A model generated the notes under the pieces. The model did not search any database. It was not told the origin of the DNA and saw nothing but the letters and a program-made list of their open reading frames with translations. A program made the position numbers and the translations under genes. Shown here piece after piece: positions 60,848-64,000 of a stretch of 64,000 bases of DNA. The DNA is from Hemiscyllium ocellatum (taxonomy: Eukaryota), in the NCBI RefSeq assembly GCF_020745735.1, contig NW_026869159.1, forward strand, positions 62,001 to 126,000. The letters run 5' to 3'. The stretch's first letter is position 1. Each line of letters begins with the position of its first letter.

Positions 60848-61281
60848 ATGAAATGGAATCTAATTCAACTTCCCTCATTTATTTTTCGGTTTATTGATCA
60901 AGGTACACGGGCGAATTCTCGACGATAAATGTATTGTCATTCCTTATTTAATTTTGTATAACTCATGGCTTTTCCAGGATTTTGTCGTGGCGATTCTGTC
61001 TCACAAACACCGGCTGCAATTAAACTGAATGAAGGGGAAGATGTGCTGCTGTTCTGTAATTACACTACAATAAGTAACAATCCTGATCTGTACTGGTACC
61101 ATCAACCTTCCAACGGAGCCGTGCAGTTTCTGCTGCAGAAAGACCAAAATAGTGAGAAAACGGGGAGTTTTCTACTGGACCGGCTTTCTTGGAATTTTGA
61201 TCCTGCGAACCGCACTATCAAACTGAATATGTTGAATGCAGAACTAACAGACTCCGCAGTGTATTACTGCGCACTGTGTCC
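60848..61281 (+). CDS. TCR alpha/delta V segment (leader 60848-60902, V exon 60978-61281), open frame
   Basis: Leader MKWNLIQLPSFIFRFIDQ-G|gtacac, acceptor ttttccag, then GFCRG-DSVSQTPAAIKLNEGEDVLLFCNY...LYWYHQ...DSAVYYCALC. The leader is only weakly hydrophobic. Confidence 0.85.
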
Positions 61282-61320
61282 CACACAGAATGAGAACTGG
61301 GCTGACCCTGTACAAAAATT
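61282..61320 (+). other. 23-RSS with a non-consensus heptamer
   Basis: CACACAG - 23 nt - ACAAAAATT. Confidence 0.85.
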
Positions 61321-61719
61321 CGAAGACCATCACTCTACATGTTAGCGTGTTCAGCAAACAGTGAGATCTGAAGCGATTCTCGAGCTCACAGTGATATCTG
61401 ATACTGGTCATTCGGACACAAAGCTTTAATTATTATAAATCCATTATTGAAATGAACAAATAGTTGCGTGAATATAAAGCAAAAAAAAACTTTTTTTGTG
61501 CATTTCACGATATTGGAAAATGCTGTGACAGCGATTATCTGCCATGGAAAATTCAACAACTTTGTTTGATCCAGCAAAATCCTCCAGTAAAACGGAACTA
61601 CAGCATTCAGGTTCAGAGAATAACTTGCCACAGGACTCTCATAATGTACGTTTAGAATAATCTGAACAATGTCATACATATTGTGTGTTATTGAGTACTG
61701 TCCCTGTACCTTCACGTGA

Positions 61720-64000
61720 AACATTCCAGAATGGCACGTTGTCGATTCATAGGTCAAGGGTAACGCTAACATGCTTTAAAATATCAAGAAGGAGATATGA
61801 TGTAACTCACATTGGAACCAAACGAATCAATTAAAAACATTGAGTAGCAGCTGCCTAATGAGTCAGAGCCACCAGTAAAACTCTCAGTCACTTGCGGTTT
61901 CTTTTGTTAGGATGGATGGAAAATGAACATTGTTTATCCTCTCGCAACTCTGTTCATTTTTTGTCAGCAAATCACATCTAGATATTTAAGCTGCGTATAG
62001 ACCAACGAGTTGCTCTTCTCCCTTTGGTGATAAGTGAGAGAAACAATGTCGAATTTTGGTAGCGTGTCACAACAATAAAGTTCCTGTGTTTGGGCATTCG
62101 ATCCAGTAAAACGTGGTTCATCAGAAAAGAGGATGCACTTGGAACTCGGCATCCTGCATTCTGCCAATCAGCATAACCCTTTTGTTATAGAAGAAGTGAA
62201 ACCTTTTGAAACGATCACACGTGAGATGATGTATTGAGTAGACGACAGTTGAGAGTTTCTGATAAGCAGTTGCAAAAATGGTTTGTGGGAGTGCTCAGTG
62301 TTTGTGTCAGCACATCTTTGTACAGTGGCACACTACAGTGCCTGACCACTCAGTACCACCACCAGCAATAACGTAATGAGCAAAAAGAGGAGTTGCTGCA
62401 AAAGCTTGGTAGGTTTATCAACATATGTGAAAAAATAGTTGAGTTAATGTTTCGATGTATTGATCCTTCATTAAAATTGAACCCAGAACTTTCAGTCGGA
62501 GTTTTCTTCACCGATGTTGCCATACCTACTCAGCTTTTCTATAACTTCTGTTTTTGATCCTGATTTTCACTATCATTGATCTTTCTGTTTTAAATTTACC
62601 AACAATGTCATTACTTATTGTTCATTCAGTCAAAAGGGTGAACCTACAGTCATAGTCGGTTATAGAACAATACGACATAGAAACAGACCCTTTGGCCCGT
62701 CATGTCTGTGCTGACCAAGTGATGATGAAAATATTTTTCATAAATGCTGCAGGCACTCACTCCACATCACCAATAAAAGTGTTCTTCACCTCGTGTGAAT
62801 ACAGAACCCTCACTAAAAATGTCCAGAAGTTCCTCGATGAATTTGTTGAAGATGTTGACTTCTTAAGACCTCGCACTAGGCATGAAGGGTCATTTCACGA
62901 GAATGAATTATAAAATGGATGAATAACTGTGAAACAGGGAAAGAGATGACAGTGAGGCAGCCAAATAGGCACAAATACAGTTTGTTTTCCAGAAAACTAC
63001 AGCTGAAATTGTAGCAGTTATTATCTTTGCTTTTCGTTCAGGTTAGGAAGTTTACTATTCCCGCTCTTGTCTCTGTTAGCACCTCAACTCTGCAGGATAT
63101 CTACAGAAACGCGACCTGGACTGGCAATGCGATGGACAGCGTAGCTGAATGAGGTCAAACATATTGTGCTTCATTAAGTCCTGATCCGCACCTTCACGTT
63201 AACAGTTCCAGAATGACACGTTGTCGATTCACAGGTCAAGGATAACAGTGACATGCTTAAAATATCAAGAGGATCGGATGTAACTCACATCTGAGCTGCA
63301 CTCACCAATTAAAAGCATTCAGTAGCGGCTGACTAATGAGTCAGAGCCGCCAGTAAAAGTCTTAGGTGCTTGAGAATTCTGTTAGGCTGTACGGAAATGA
63401 ACATTTTTCATCCTCTCAGCAAATTCCCTAATTATTTGTCAGCAAATCACATCTTGATATTTCAGCTGCATATAAACGATCGGGTTACTCTTCTCCTTTT
63501 GGCGATAAGTGAGAGAAACAAAATCCTATTTTGATAGCGAGTCACAAAAATAAAGTTCCTGACTCTGGGCTTTGTATCCAGTGAAGTGGTTCTGCAGAAT
63601 AGAGGATCCACGAGGGAAGTGGCATCCGTGAAAAGTTAGTCAGTATAACAGTTTTGTTACGGAAGAGGTGAAATCTTTTGATTGGATCACACATGAGATG
63701 ACGTGTGGAGAAGTCGACAGTCCTGAGAGTTTCTGATGGGCAGCTGGAAAGATGGTTTGTGGGAGTGCTTTTTTTTGTGTCAGCACATGGTTGTACAATG
63801 AAACTCCGCAGTGCCTGACAACTCAGTACTACCAGGACCAATAAAGTAACGAACAAAAAGAGAAGTTGCTGCAAAAGCTTGGCAGTACTGGACCCAAAAC
63901 TTTCACACAGATCTTTCTTCACAGTTGTTGCTTGCCTACTCAGCTTTTCCAGAACCATCTGTTTTTGGTCCTGATTTTCAGCATCTGCTGTTCTGTCGGT
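61720..64000. repeat. Local tandem duplication, period about 1.48 kb
   Basis: TTCCAGAATG.CACGTTGTCGATTCA.AGGTCAAGG at about 61725 and 63207. Homology continues through 62410/63885 and the shared SINE piece at 62500/63917. Confidence 0.9.

Overview
Eukaryotic, repeat-rich DNA from a cartilaginous fish. The repeat and V-gene content suggest a shark, possibly a carpet or bamboo shark (inference). The window is part of the V region of a T-cell receptor alpha/delta locus. Its centrepiece is a complete NAR-TCR cassette on the minus strand: leader (39223-39265), IgNAR-like V (38777-39072, 22-bp RSS), D with 12/12 RSS (38380-38395), Cys-bearing J (37952-38001, 23-bp RSS) and a leaderless 'supporting' Vdelta exon with a CDR1 cysteine (35188-35497). 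The supporting Vdelta is followed by a tandem array of four intact 23-RSSs plus a decayed fifth unit (period 60-62 bp). The V reading frame stays open up to the third RSS. This array is the most unusual structure in the window. The window also holds two apparently intact plus-strand TCR V segments (one with an intronless leader), several V pseudogenes, one intact two-exon rhodopsin-class GPCR and two GPCR pseudogenes interleaved with the V genes, and a C2H2 zinc-finger pseudogene. Mobile DNA includes a near-full-length CR1 LINE nested in an older CR1, Gypsy/Gmr1 remnants, a solo LTR with a 4-bp TSD, HE1 and Deu SINEs, and Penelope-derived repeats with hammerhead-like cores. All coordinates were read by hand. 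Boundaries of decayed elements are approximate.
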